Of a stretch of DNA of 64,000 nt, positions 9,341 to 17,035 are shown in pieces. The first letter of the stretch is position 1; every line of letters begins with the position of its first letter. The stretch spans positions 44,147-108,146 of the forward strand of contig NZ_JAGGZH010000014.1 in the NCBI RefSeq assembly GCF_021162145.1. Direction: 5' to 3'. The stretch comes from Thermotoga sp. GTDB lineage: Bacteria > Thermotogota > Thermotogae > Thermotogales > Thermotogaceae. Below the pieces are notes generated by a model that was given only the letters and a program-made list of their open reading frames with translations, did not search any database and had not been told where the DNA came from. Both the position numbers and the translations under genes were made by a program.

Positions 9341-9362
9341 GGAGGGGGTTCCCCCTCCTTTT
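9341..9362 (+). terminator. intra-operon GC hairpin plus T-run after the binding-protein gene
   Basis: GGAGGGGG-TT-CCCCCTCC is perfectly complementary and is followed by TTTT. It lies 9 nt after the SBP stop and before the permease RBS. Confidence 0.45.
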
Positions 9363-9391
9363 CCAAATCCCGGGCGAAGAGGTGATCTTGC

Positions 9392-10357
9392 TTGCTCAAG
9401 TACATCGCTCGCAGATTGATCATCATGTTACCGGAGCTTCTGATCATTTCCTTTCTCGTCTTCATCATCATGCAGGCGGCACCGGGAAACTTCTTAGACA
9501 TGTATCGTCTGGATCCTTCCGTCTCGCAACAGTTCCTTGAGAAGATGGAAAAAGAGCTTGGTCTGGACAAACCTTGGATCGTTCAGTACGGGATATGGTT
9601 GAAGAATGTTCTGAAAGGTGACTTTGGATATTCCTTTTACTACAGAAGACCCGTTTCTACTCTGATCTGGGAGAGGGTCTTTGCCACGGTAATACTGTCT
9701 GTTTCTTCGCTTGCCTTCCAGTGGGTGCTGGGTATAATAGTTGGTGTTTTTTCTGCGTTGAAGAAATACTCCATCTGGGACAAGATTCTCACCGTTATTG
9801 CCTTCAGTGGAATCGCTCTTCCTGGGTTCTTTCTTGCCATACTCCTTCTCTACATAGCAGCGAAGACAGGGTGGTTCCCGATCGCCGGTATGGTGTCGGT
9901 GAACCACAGCGAGATGACAACTTGGGAAAGATTCAAAGATATCGCATCGCACCTGGTACTTCCTACGATCGCCCTTGGTTTTGGTGGTTTTGCTTCTTTG
10001 ATGAGGTACATGAGAGGAAGTCTCCTAGACGTGTTGAACGAAGACTACGTGGAATTTGCCCGTGCGAAAGGAATGCCAGAACGTGTGGTCATATACAAGC
10101 ACGCCTTGAGGAACGCCATCAACCCTATGATCACCTTTCTTGGTTTCAGTATTTCCAACGTCCTTGGAGGAGCGGTCATCATAGAGAACATATTTGCATG
10201 GCCCGGTATGGGTAGGCTCATCTATCAGGCTCTTCTTCAGCAGGATATCTACATAGTCATGGCATCTGCTGTGATCAGTGCTATCATGCTGGTCGTGGGA
10301 AATCTCATCGCCGACATACTTCTTGCCGCGGTGGATCCAAGAGTTAGATTCGAGTGA
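9392..10357 (+). CDS. ABC transporter permease (OppB/DppB-like)
   Basis: The N-terminus MLKYIARRLIIMLPELL is typical of OppB/DppB. It has the EAA-type loop EDYVEFARAKGMPERVVIYKHALRNA and about 6 TM segments. TTG 9392 follows a GAGGTGA RBS. Confidence 0.9.
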   Translation: MLKYIARRLIIMLPELLIISFLVFIIMQAAPGNFLDMYRLDPSVSQQFLEKMEKELGLDKPWIVQYGIWLKNVLKGDFGYSFYYRRPVSTLIWERVFATVILSVSSLAFQWVLGIIVGVFSALKKYSIWDKILTVIAFSGIALPGFFLAILLLYIAAKTGWFPIAGMVSVNHSEMTTWERFKDIASHLVLPTIALGFGGFASLMRYMRGSLLDVLNEDYVEFARAKGMPERVVIYKHALRNAINPMITFLGFSISNVLGGAVIIENIFAWPGMGRLIYQALLQQDIYIVMASAVISAIMLVVGNLIADILLAAVDPRVRFE

Positions 10358-10370
10358 AGGAGGAATCGTC

Positions 10371-11924
10371 ATGGCCGAAGAGAAAGCGATCCCTGTTGAA
10401 AACAGTGAAATAGAGTTTAAGGAAAAAGTACTGACCAGAAGAGAGCTCATCTGGAGGGCTTTCAAAAGAAACAGACTCGGTATGTTTGGACTCTACGTCC
10501 TTATAGCTCTCTACCTCATGGCTTTGTTTGCCGATTTTCTCTCTCCTTACCACCCCTATGAGCAGTCACTGAAGCATTCCTTTGCCCCGCTGACCAAGGT
10601 GCACAGGGAGTACAAAGGAAAACGCGTTGGGGCTTATGTGCTTCCGACTGTAAGTTATGTGGACAAAGCCACTTTCGAAAGAAAGTTCTACGAGATGCTT
10701 TTTCCAAAGAGGGTCGTTCTGGATGTTTTTGGATCGCAGATCAGTTACGAGATAGGAAAGGATGGTGTCACCGGCTTTTCTTTCATGGTGGATGAAGAGT
10801 ACTATCTTGTTTTGAAAGATGGCACCAGAAAATACGCTGGCTCCACCACTAAGGTAGTGGATTACTTCCTTTTCGGATACGACGACGATGTCTTAACGAG
10901 GGGTGAAGCAGAGATAGAAACCACTTCGGCGGTTGCAAAGGACACCTACTTTGGGAAATATGGCTTCAGATTGGGACTGTCCTCTTCTGATGACATAGAG
11001 AAGGTTGTGATCAAAGAAAAGATCAATACCGTGCTCGTGAAAAAAGGAGAAGGCATTGAGATGGTCATGGGAAAAATTCTCGATTACGACTACAAGATAT
11101 ACCCGATAAAGTGGTTCATCGAATCGTGGGGTGGAGACAAAAAGCACAGGCTCGGCTACCTCTTTTGGCTCATACCATTCAAGTATCACCTTTTTGGCGT
11201 GGACAACTACGATAACAACGAATATGTAAGGTTCTACCTGATGGGTGCGGATCAGTACGGTAGAGACATCTGGAGCAGGCTCGTGTTTGCCTCCAGAATT
11301 TCGCTTTCCATCGGCTTCATAGGAATGTTCATCACCTTTGTGCTTTCGTTGATCTTTGGTGGGATATCCGGGTACTACGGGGGACTCGTTGACGAACTCA
11401 TGATGAGGTTCTCCGAGATCATTATGTCGCTTCCGGGCTTTTACCTCCTGATTCTCCTGAGATCTTTGCTTCCTCTGGACATTCCATCTACTCAGGTCTA
11501 TATACTGCTTGTTTTCATACTCTCCTTCATCGGGTGGGCAGGCAGAGCCAGGGTAATAAGGGGAATGGTGCTTTCTATAAAGCAACGGGAATTCGTGGAA
11601 GCAGCAAGAGCCCTAGGCTTCCCGGACACGAGAATTCTCTTTCGACACGTTCTACCCAACACGACGAGTTATTTGATAGTCGCCGCCACGCTGGCGATAC
11701 CCGGTTACATACTGGGAGAAGCGGCTCTCAGTTTTCTGGGACTCGGTATAAGGGAACCCGATGCAAGCTGGGGATTGATGCTCGCCCAGGCGCAGAATGT
11801 CACCTACATGACTAAGTACCCATGGCTCCTCATACCAGGTCTGTTCATCTTCATCACGGTACTCTCGTTCAACTTCGTTGGAGACGCTTTGAGAGACGCT
11901 CTGGATCCGAGGTCTCTCGGATAG
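10371..11924 (+). CDS. ABC transporter permease (OppC/DppC-like) with large extracytoplasmic insertion
   Basis: ATG 10371 follows a GAAGGAGG RBS. It has TM1, then GADQYGRDIWSRL, the loop REFVEAARALGFPDTRILFRHVLPN and the C-terminal tail GDALRDALDPR. Confidence 0.9.
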   Translation: MAEEKAIPVENSEIEFKEKVLTRRELIWRAFKRNRLGMFGLYVLIALYLMALFADFLSPYHPYEQSLKHSFAPLTKVHREYKGKRVGAYVLPTVSYVDKATFERKFYEMLFPKRVVLDVFGSQISYEIGKDGVTGFSFMVDEEYYLVLKDGTRKYAGSTTKVVDYFLFGYDDDVLTRGEAEIETTSAVAKDTYFGKYGFRLGLSSSDDIEKVVIKEKINTVLVKKGEGIEMVMGKILDYDYKIYPIKWFIESWGGDKKHRLGYLFWLIPFKYHLFGVDNYDNNEYVRFYLMGADQYGRDIWSRLVFASRISLSIGFIGMFITFVLSLIFGGISGYYGGLVDELMMRFSEIIMSLPGFYLLILLRSLLPLDIPSTQVYILLVFILSFIGWAGRARVIRGMVLSIKQREFVEAARALGFPDTRILFRHVLPNTTSYLIVAATLAIPGYILGEAALSFLGLGIREPDASWGLMLAQAQNVTYMTKYPWLLIPGLFIFITVLSFNFVGDALRDALDPRSLG

Positions 11925-11925
11925 G

Positions 11926-12507
11926 ATGTTGAAGTACAGGTTGAGGGGAAAAAGGGTGGAAGAGCTGGTGGAGTACGCACAAGCAGGGTTCAAAGAGGCG
12001 ATAGATCTCATCATTGAAAAGTACTACCCCATGGTTGTGAAGATATCTTCCCGATACTTCGCCAGCTGGGCAGAACAGGAAGATGTGATACAAAACGGGT
12101 TGGTGGGTCTTATAAAGGCCATTTTCTATTACGACAGCTCTAAGAGCTCTTTCACATCTTTTGCCTGGAGAAGTGTGGAATCTGAAATAAAATCCTTTCT
12201 CACCTACATGAACAGGAAGAAAAATAAGATGCTCTCCGATGCTGTGAAGGTGGAGGCGATGGAAAAGGAAGAGGACGATTCACCGTTCGAAGTACCAGAT
12301 ACTGAACGAGATATCGCTCAGAGTGCTTTTTCTGATATAATTCTAGAGAAGGTTCTGGAGGATTTGAAAGAGTTGGAAAGAAGTATCTTTCTCAAATGGC
12401 TGGACGGGTACTCCTACAAAGAGATAGCAAAGGAACTTCGGGTTTCACCGAAGAAGGTAGACAATACGATTCAAAAGGTGAAGAGAATGATTTCCGAACT
12501 AGGGTGA
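11926..12507 (+). CDS. RNA polymerase sigma factor, sigma-70 family (SigH-like small sigma)
   Basis: Region 2, EDVIQNGLVGLIKAIFYYDSSKSSFTSFAWRSVESEI, resembles SigH-type sigmas. Region 4 has the HTH LDGYSYKEIAKELRVSPKKVDNTIQKVKRMI. Confidence 0.85.
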   Translation: MLKYRLRGKRVEELVEYAQAGFKEAIDLIIEKYYPMVVKISSRYFASWAEQEDVIQNGLVGLIKAIFYYDSSKSSFTSFAWRSVESEIKSFLTYMNRKKNKMLSDAVKVEAMEKEEDDSPFEVPDTERDIAQSAFSDIILEKVLEDLKELERSIFLKWLDGYSYKEIAKELRVSPKKVDNTIQKVKRMISELG

Positions 12508-12508
12508 T

Positions 12509-13129
12509 ATGATGAAGAAAGATTTTCTCGTCTCTTTTTTTGCTTCTCTGATCGTAGTGGCTATTTTACTCTTCTTCGTTCTTTCGGTTTTCAACTTCTT
12601 TTTTCTCAAAAAATTGGATGCTCGGGTCTCAGAGCTTGAAAGGAAGTTTCAGTCGAGATTCAACAGTTATGAAAACCGGTTGAAGACGCTGGAGGAGTTG
12701 TTGAAACCGAACTCCATAATCAGTCGTTACATCACTGCCTACGAGTACTTTGAAAAATCCAGTGTGGACTTCGAGAGGATTTTCTCCGAGATAGAGGACG
12801 ATCCGACAACCGGCTACATCCGCATCTTTGTTGTGGGAAACGACCCCGTATGGATCACCATCAAGGATGGAGAAAAGATCATCTTCTCGAGGGACGTAAA
12901 GCCCGGACTTTCTCCTTACAGGTTCTTCTACTACAAGGAACCAAAAATCGCTACGGAGTACGACATTATAATTCCCAGAGATGCAACACTGATTGTTGGC
13001 ATCCCAAAGAGAGTCTTTTTGCTTGTCTTCGGCGTAGGAACCTCCCATCATCCCACGAAGATCGTGCAGGTCACTCAAACTCGCCTTGAGAACATAGCGG
13101 AAGATCTGAACCTCTACATACCAAGATAA
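12509..13129 (+). CDS. membrane-anchored protein, possible RodZ C-terminal (DUF4115)-like domain
   Basis: It has an N-terminal TM helix (FLVSFFASLIVVAILLFFVLSVF) and a short coiled coil. A C-terminal beta-rich segment, IRIFVVGNDPVWITIKDGEKIIFSRDVKPG, resembles DUF4115. The start is 1 nt after the sigma gene stop. Confidence 0.5.
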   Translation: MMKKDFLVSFFASLIVVAILLFFVLSVFNFFFLKKLDARVSELERKFQSRFNSYENRLKTLEELLKPNSIISRYITAYEYFEKSSVDFERIFSEIEDDPTTGYIRIFVVGNDPVWITIKDGEKIIFSRDVKPGLSPYRFFYYKEPKIATEYDIIIPRDATLIVGIPKRVFLLVFGVGTSHHPTKIVQVTQTRLENIAEDLNLYIPR

Positions 13130-13136
13130 AAACAAA

Positions 13137-13170
13137 GGAGGGACGATCGTCCCTCCCATACTTCCTTTTG
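13137..13170 (+). terminator. putative rho-independent terminator of the transporter-sigma operon
   Basis: A perfect 20-nt palindrome, GGAGGGACGATCGTCCCTCC (13137-13156), is followed by the T-rich CATACTTCCTTTTG. Confidence 0.5.
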
Positions 13171-13178
13171 TCTTGATC

Positions 13179-13207
13179 GGGTCTAGGGGGGATCGGGGGG
13201 ATGAGGG
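13179..13207 (+). other. canonical, symmetric G-quadruplex-forming motif (G3-N4-G6-N3-G6-N4-G3)
   Basis: The sequence GGGTCTAGGGGGGATCGGGGGGATGAGGG can be read directly. Function is unknown. Confidence 0.6.
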
Positions 13208-13247
13208 ACACGCAATTCAGAATTTAACTTATCGCTGTAACGCCAGC

Positions 13248-13276
13248 TTGAATCACCAGAGAAGAACTTCTTAAAT
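13248..13276 (+). promoter_or_regulatory. candidate sigma-70-type promoter for the 13308-16168 cassette
   Basis: TTGAAT (13248-13253), a 17-nt spacer, then TTAAAT (13271-13276), about 30 nt upstream of ATG 13308. Confidence 0.3.
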
Positions 13277-13307
13277 CTTCTTGAAAAACCCTTGAAGGGG
13301 GAGGAGT

Positions 13308-13895
13308 ATGGAACACGTTTTGATCAAAGATCTGAGGTTCTTCGATTACCCGGATGAAACGATCTTCTTCAGGGAGGAAGTGGATAGGGTCAGAATGGAC
13401 CTTTTAAACTATGTGACCAGATTCTTCAGAGGAAAGAAGTTCGTCTTCATAAACCTGTTCGGTGACAACGTGAATCCCTTTTTGGCGGAGAAGCTCATAA
13501 AGGAATTCATTCCACCGGGTTCCATTGTACTCGACGAAATAGTAGAATACCTGGATGCCCCGGTGGAACGGGAATTTCCCGTTTCTTTTCCCGATTTCTC
13601 TTCCTCACCTCTCAATGAGAAATGCGAGTGTTTTCTGTATGATGGGGAAAGATTCAATCGTTTCGATCTTTCACACTTCAAAGTGAAATTTCTAAAGATG
13701 GAAGTTTACGAAGATTTGATGGATCTTCCTGAAGACTCCCTGATTGTTTTGAAAGGGATCCTGTGGGATCACGAGTACGAGAAGGTGAAGGGTAGAAAGA
13801 ACGTTCGGTTTGTGGGAAGGGAGTTGAAGAAGCGAAACTGGTCAAAGCTGGATGCCCTTCTTCTGGAAGAAGCCGAGGTGAGGGAAGAATTATGA
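13308..13895 (+). CDS. hypothetical protein; possible truncated, catalytically degenerate SbcD/Mre11-like N-terminal domain
   Basis: A strong RBS (GGGGGAGGAG) precedes ATG 13308. The segments VLIKDLRFFDYPD and KKFVFINLFGDNVNP line up by eye with phosphoesterase motifs I (DxH, here DLR) and II (GD). The protein is only 195 aa. Its stop overlaps the next gene's ATG. Confidence 0.6.
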   Translation: MEHVLIKDLRFFDYPDETIFFREEVDRVRMDLLNYVTRFFRGKKFVFINLFGDNVNPFLAEKLIKEFIPPGSIVLDEIVEYLDAPVEREFPVSFPDFSSSPLNEKCECFLYDGERFNRFDLSHFKVKFLKMEVYEDLMDLPEDSLIVLKGILWDHEYEKVKGRKNVRFVGRELKKRNWSKLDALLLEEAEVREEL

Positions 13896-16168
13896 AGATC
13901 AAACGGATACATATTGAGGGATTTGGAAAGTTCGAAAATCTTTCTTTGAGTTTCAAAGACGGATTGAACATCGTTTTCGGTGGAAATGCTGCGGGTAAGA
14001 CCACCCTTGCGAACTTCATCAGGTACTGCCTTACGGGGGATCTACCGGAGCTTGAAGATTACAGACCCTGGTATTCGAAAAGATTCGGTGGACGCCTGGA
14101 GACCGATGAAGGAACGATAGGTTTCGGGCTGGGAACGATCGATCCAGAGACCTTTCTCTTTACTTCTTTCCTGCCGGAGCACGTGGATAGCACTCTCGAA
14201 GGATCCCGGAAGGTTTCTTCTCTTGTTCTGGAAAGTTACAAGAAGCTTCCTCGTGCAAGAGAAATGGAGCGTGTGATGAACGAGAGCTTTTCGGGCCTGA
14301 TGGAAAAGGAAAGGGTGTTGAAGAACGAGATAGCGAAGCTGGAGGCGGCCGTTGAGGAATGGAAAGAAAAGAGAAAAACAGTTCTTTTGTTGATGGAGAG
14401 AAAGAAAAAGCTCGAGGAAGAATTACTGGAGAAGAAAAGGCTCCTTGATGAGGAAAGAAGAAGATTAGAAGAAGAAAAAAGGCAGCAACTTCAGTCGATC
14501 GACTCCCGACTCGAGGAGATAGGAAAAAGACTTTCAGACGTCGAAACCAAGCTGAGGGAAATCGAGAGTCAAGCTGTTTCATCGAAGGAGAATCTGGAAC
14601 AAGCTTATGAGCTGTTTCAGAAGCTGAATTATCTGAGAGAAAGACGAAACCAGCTCGGAAGGGAGATAGAAGAGCTAGAAAAAAGATACGATGAGACAAG
14701 AAAAAAGATAGAGGATATTTTGAAGGACTTCTCCTGCAAGGGTTTTGAAGAACTCAGGTTGAAGCTGGAAAACTTGAGGCTTCAGATGAACCTCGTTGAG
14801 AATGAACACAGGGTGAAGATGAACGAAATCTCGGATCGCCTGAAAAGACCCCTGGAAGAAATAGAAAGGCAGGTAAGCGCTGTCAACGAACGGTTGGAGA
14901 AAACGGGAGATAGAATGAAGAGAGTGGACAGGTCACTTTCTGTGTTCAAGATCCTTGTCAGTGTGTTTTTGACGTTTTCGGTAGTATCTGCTGTTTTCAT
15001 CTTTTTGGCATCGAGAAATCCGTTCATTTACCTGACATTTGCCGGTGTTGCCGGTGCTTTCCTTTCCATATGGAGCTACTTCAGAGTGAAAAGAGTGCTC
15101 CAGGATCTGGTTAACGAATTCGTCATCACTTCCTCTCAGAAGAGGAAGTTGATGGAGAAAAGAAATCAGGTGTTGAAACAATTGAAGGAAGTAACAGGTG
15201 TTGAAGATCCCAATGAGCTGGAAGATGCGCTGAAAAAGCGGATGAATTCGAGGATGTTCGAGATCGCTCCTTTTCTCACAAAATATGGGAGTGATCCAGG
15301 AAAAGCCCTTGAAAACGTGGAAAATCAGATAAGAGAGCTTCTCATAATGAAAGACTCCCTTACTTCTTCCCTCGCCGAAAAAAGAAGAAATCTGGAGGAA
15401 CTCATAGAGTACTTAAAGAAGCAGGAAGACGAGTTCGAGAGAGTGTTGAACGAGATCGGTGTGGAAGGTGTTGAAGAGCTTTTGAAACAACTGAAGATGA
15501 GAGAGTTACTTCTGGAACTGAAAGATGAGAAGAAAGATCTTCAAAACACGCTGAAGAAACTCGTCGAACAAAGAGAGAACGTTGAATCGATGGAATCGAA
15601 TCAAAGGATGAGAAAACTCGAAGAAAAGGTGAACAATATCCAGAAAGAGTTAGAAGCTCTGGAAATTCCCTTTCTTGAAGAACCGTACGATCTGACGGAG
15701 CAGCTCATAAGAAAGCAACTGGAACTCGATTTGATAGAAAAGGCAATCGAAAATATACCTGCCTTCAAGGGCAGGCTCAGAGAAAAGTACGATGAGTTTG
15801 TGATGAGCTACACGAAGGAGTTTTCAACAGAGCTGAGTAGAGTCTACAGAGAATTTTTCGGTGAGTCAATGATCTTCAGCGTTTCTCCTCAGCTGACAGT
15901 TGCGATCAACGTCCCACAGGAAAAGCCTGTGGTAAAAGTCCTGAACACATCTGCTCTGAAGATTCTGGCGTTTCATGTGAAGGATTTTGTGGCACGTGTT
16001 TTGAAAATGGATCTTCCTCTTGTGATAGATAACACCTTTGTCGATCTGGACGACAACAAAATAGAACTTCTCTGGACGAGACTGAAGGAGATAGCTGAAA
16101 CAAGACAGGTGATATTGTTCACGAGTGATCGAAGACTTCTCAGGGAGAAGCCCGTCTTCAGCCTCTAA
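13892..16168 (+). CDS. YhaN/SbcC-like AAA (ABC-type) ATPase with long coiled coils and central membrane hairpin
   Basis: The N-terminus IHIEGFGKFENLSLSFKDGLNIVFGGNAAGKTT holds the Rad50/SbcC-type Walker A. About 600 aa of E/K/R/L-rich coiled coil are interrupted by two hydrophobic helices (FKILVSVFLTFSVVSAVFIFLA and FIYLTFAGVAGAFLSIWSYF). The C-terminus LPLVIDNTFVDLDDNKI....QVILFTSD is a YhaN-type Walker B/D-loop. Confidence 0.8.
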   Translation: MKIKRIHIEGFGKFENLSLSFKDGLNIVFGGNAAGKTTLANFIRYCLTGDLPELEDYRPWYSKRFGGRLETDEGTIGFGLGTIDPETFLFTSFLPEHVDSTLEGSRKVSSLVLESYKKLPRAREMERVMNESFSGLMEKERVLKNEIAKLEAAVEEWKEKRKTVLLLMERKKKLEEELLEKKRLLDEERRRLEEEKRQQLQSIDSRLEEIGKRLSDVETKLREIESQAVSSKENLEQAYELFQKLNYLRERRNQLGREIEELEKRYDETRKKIEDILKDFSCKGFEELRLKLENLRLQMNLVENEHRVKMNEISDRLKRPLEEIERQVSAVNERLEKTGDRMKRVDRSLSVFKILVSVFLTFSVVSAVFIFLASRNPFIYLTFAGVAGAFLSIWSYFRVKRVLQDLVNEFVITSSQKRKLMEKRNQVLKQLKEVTGVEDPNELEDALKKRMNSRMFEIAPFLTKYGSDPGKALENVENQIRELLIMKDSLTSSLAEKRRNLEELIEYLKKQEDEFERVLNEIGVEGVEELLKQLKMRELLLELKDEKKDLQNTLKKLVEQRENVESMESNQRMRKLEEKVNNIQKELEALEIPFLEEPYDLTEQLIRKQLELDLIEKAIENIPAFKGRLREKYDEFVMSYTKEFSTELSRVYREFFGESMIFSVSPQLTVAINVPQEKPVVKVLNTSALKILAFHVKDFVARVLKMDLPLVIDNTFVDLDDNKIELLWTRLKEIAETRQVILFTSDRRLLREKPVFSL

Positions 16169-17022
16169 CTGCAGATCATCCTCCCTTGGCAGCGATCACA
16201 TTCCAGCTGAACGGTTACATGGGTGACACCGTGCTCTCTCAATCGTGCTTCGATTTCATCGATAATCCTTTGGGCATCTTTCAATTCCATGTTTTCCACC
16301 ACTTCCACATGACATTCAAAGTGAATTTCCTTTTCTCCGACTCTCCAGGCATGAAAATGGTGCGCATTCTTCACACCTTCTATTTCTTCTATCTCCCTTT
16401 TTATGCTCTCAAAGCTCAGATTCGGGGATGCTTCCATCAAGACCTCCAGAGATTCTCTCAGTAACTCGTACGCTTCTTTGAGCATGTACACCGTGATGCC
16501 GGCAGCGATCACAGGATCCAGCCAGTACATCTCCCAGGCCTTCATCAGCACGGCGCCGGCGACAACGAGGATGGAGGACAACGTATCCGCTATGAGATGG
16601 AGGTAGGCGGATCGAATGTTCATGCTTTCTCTACTGTGTTCATGGAGGAGAAAAACCGAAAAGAGGTTGGCAGCAAGCCCCACCAGTGAAACGTAGAGAA
16701 GAACCGTCGCGTGAACCACGGTAGGGTGCAGCAATCTTCTCACCGACTCCACAACTATCAGTATCGATATTATCACCACGGATATGGAATTCAGAAAGGC
16801 CACAATTATTTCGCTTCTCCTGTAACCGAACGTGTACTTCTCGTTTTTCGACCTTTCACCGATCTTTATGGCTATGAAGCTCGCAAGAAGGCTCATAGTG
16901 TCGGAGAAGTTGTGGAGGGAGTCCCCCAGAAGGGCAAGACTCCCGGACATAAGTCCTCCTATCACTTCGGCGATGGTGATGAGAGAGTTCAGCCACACGG
17001 AAAAGAGGAGTTTCTTTTTCAA
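16165..17022 (-). CDS. cation diffusion facilitator (CzcD/ZitB-type) metal efflux transporter
   Basis: SGSLALLGDSLHNFSD and HLIADTLSS are the CDF metal-site motifs, followed by the C-terminal cytoplasmic domain. TTG at 17022 follows GAGGAGGGG by 6 nt. The longer ORF to 17073 would overlap trpB2. Confidence 0.9.
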   Translation of the reverse strand: MKKKLLFSVWLNSLITIAEVIGGLMSGSLALLGDSLHNFSDTMSLLASFIAIKIGERSKNEKYTFGYRRSEIIVAFLNSISVVIISILIVVESVRRLLHPTVVHATVLLYVSLVGLAANLFSVFLLHEHSRESMNIRSAYLHLIADTLSSILVVAGAVLMKAWEMYWLDPVIAAGITVYMLKEAYELLRESLEVLMEASPNLSFESIKREIEEIEGVKNAHHFHAWRVGEKEIHFECHVEVVENMELKDAQRIIDEIEARLREHGVTHVTVQLECDRCQGRMICS

Positions 17023-17035
17023 ACAGAACCCCTCC

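Noticed and set aside
14300-14700. Purine-rich quasi-repetitive DNA (GAAGAA/AAGAAA runs) that looks like a tandem repeat.
   Set aside because: There is no fixed period. It is the codon signature of the E/K/R-rich coiled coil of the YhaN-like ATPase. It is not a CRISPR array, satellite or spacer-repeat structure.
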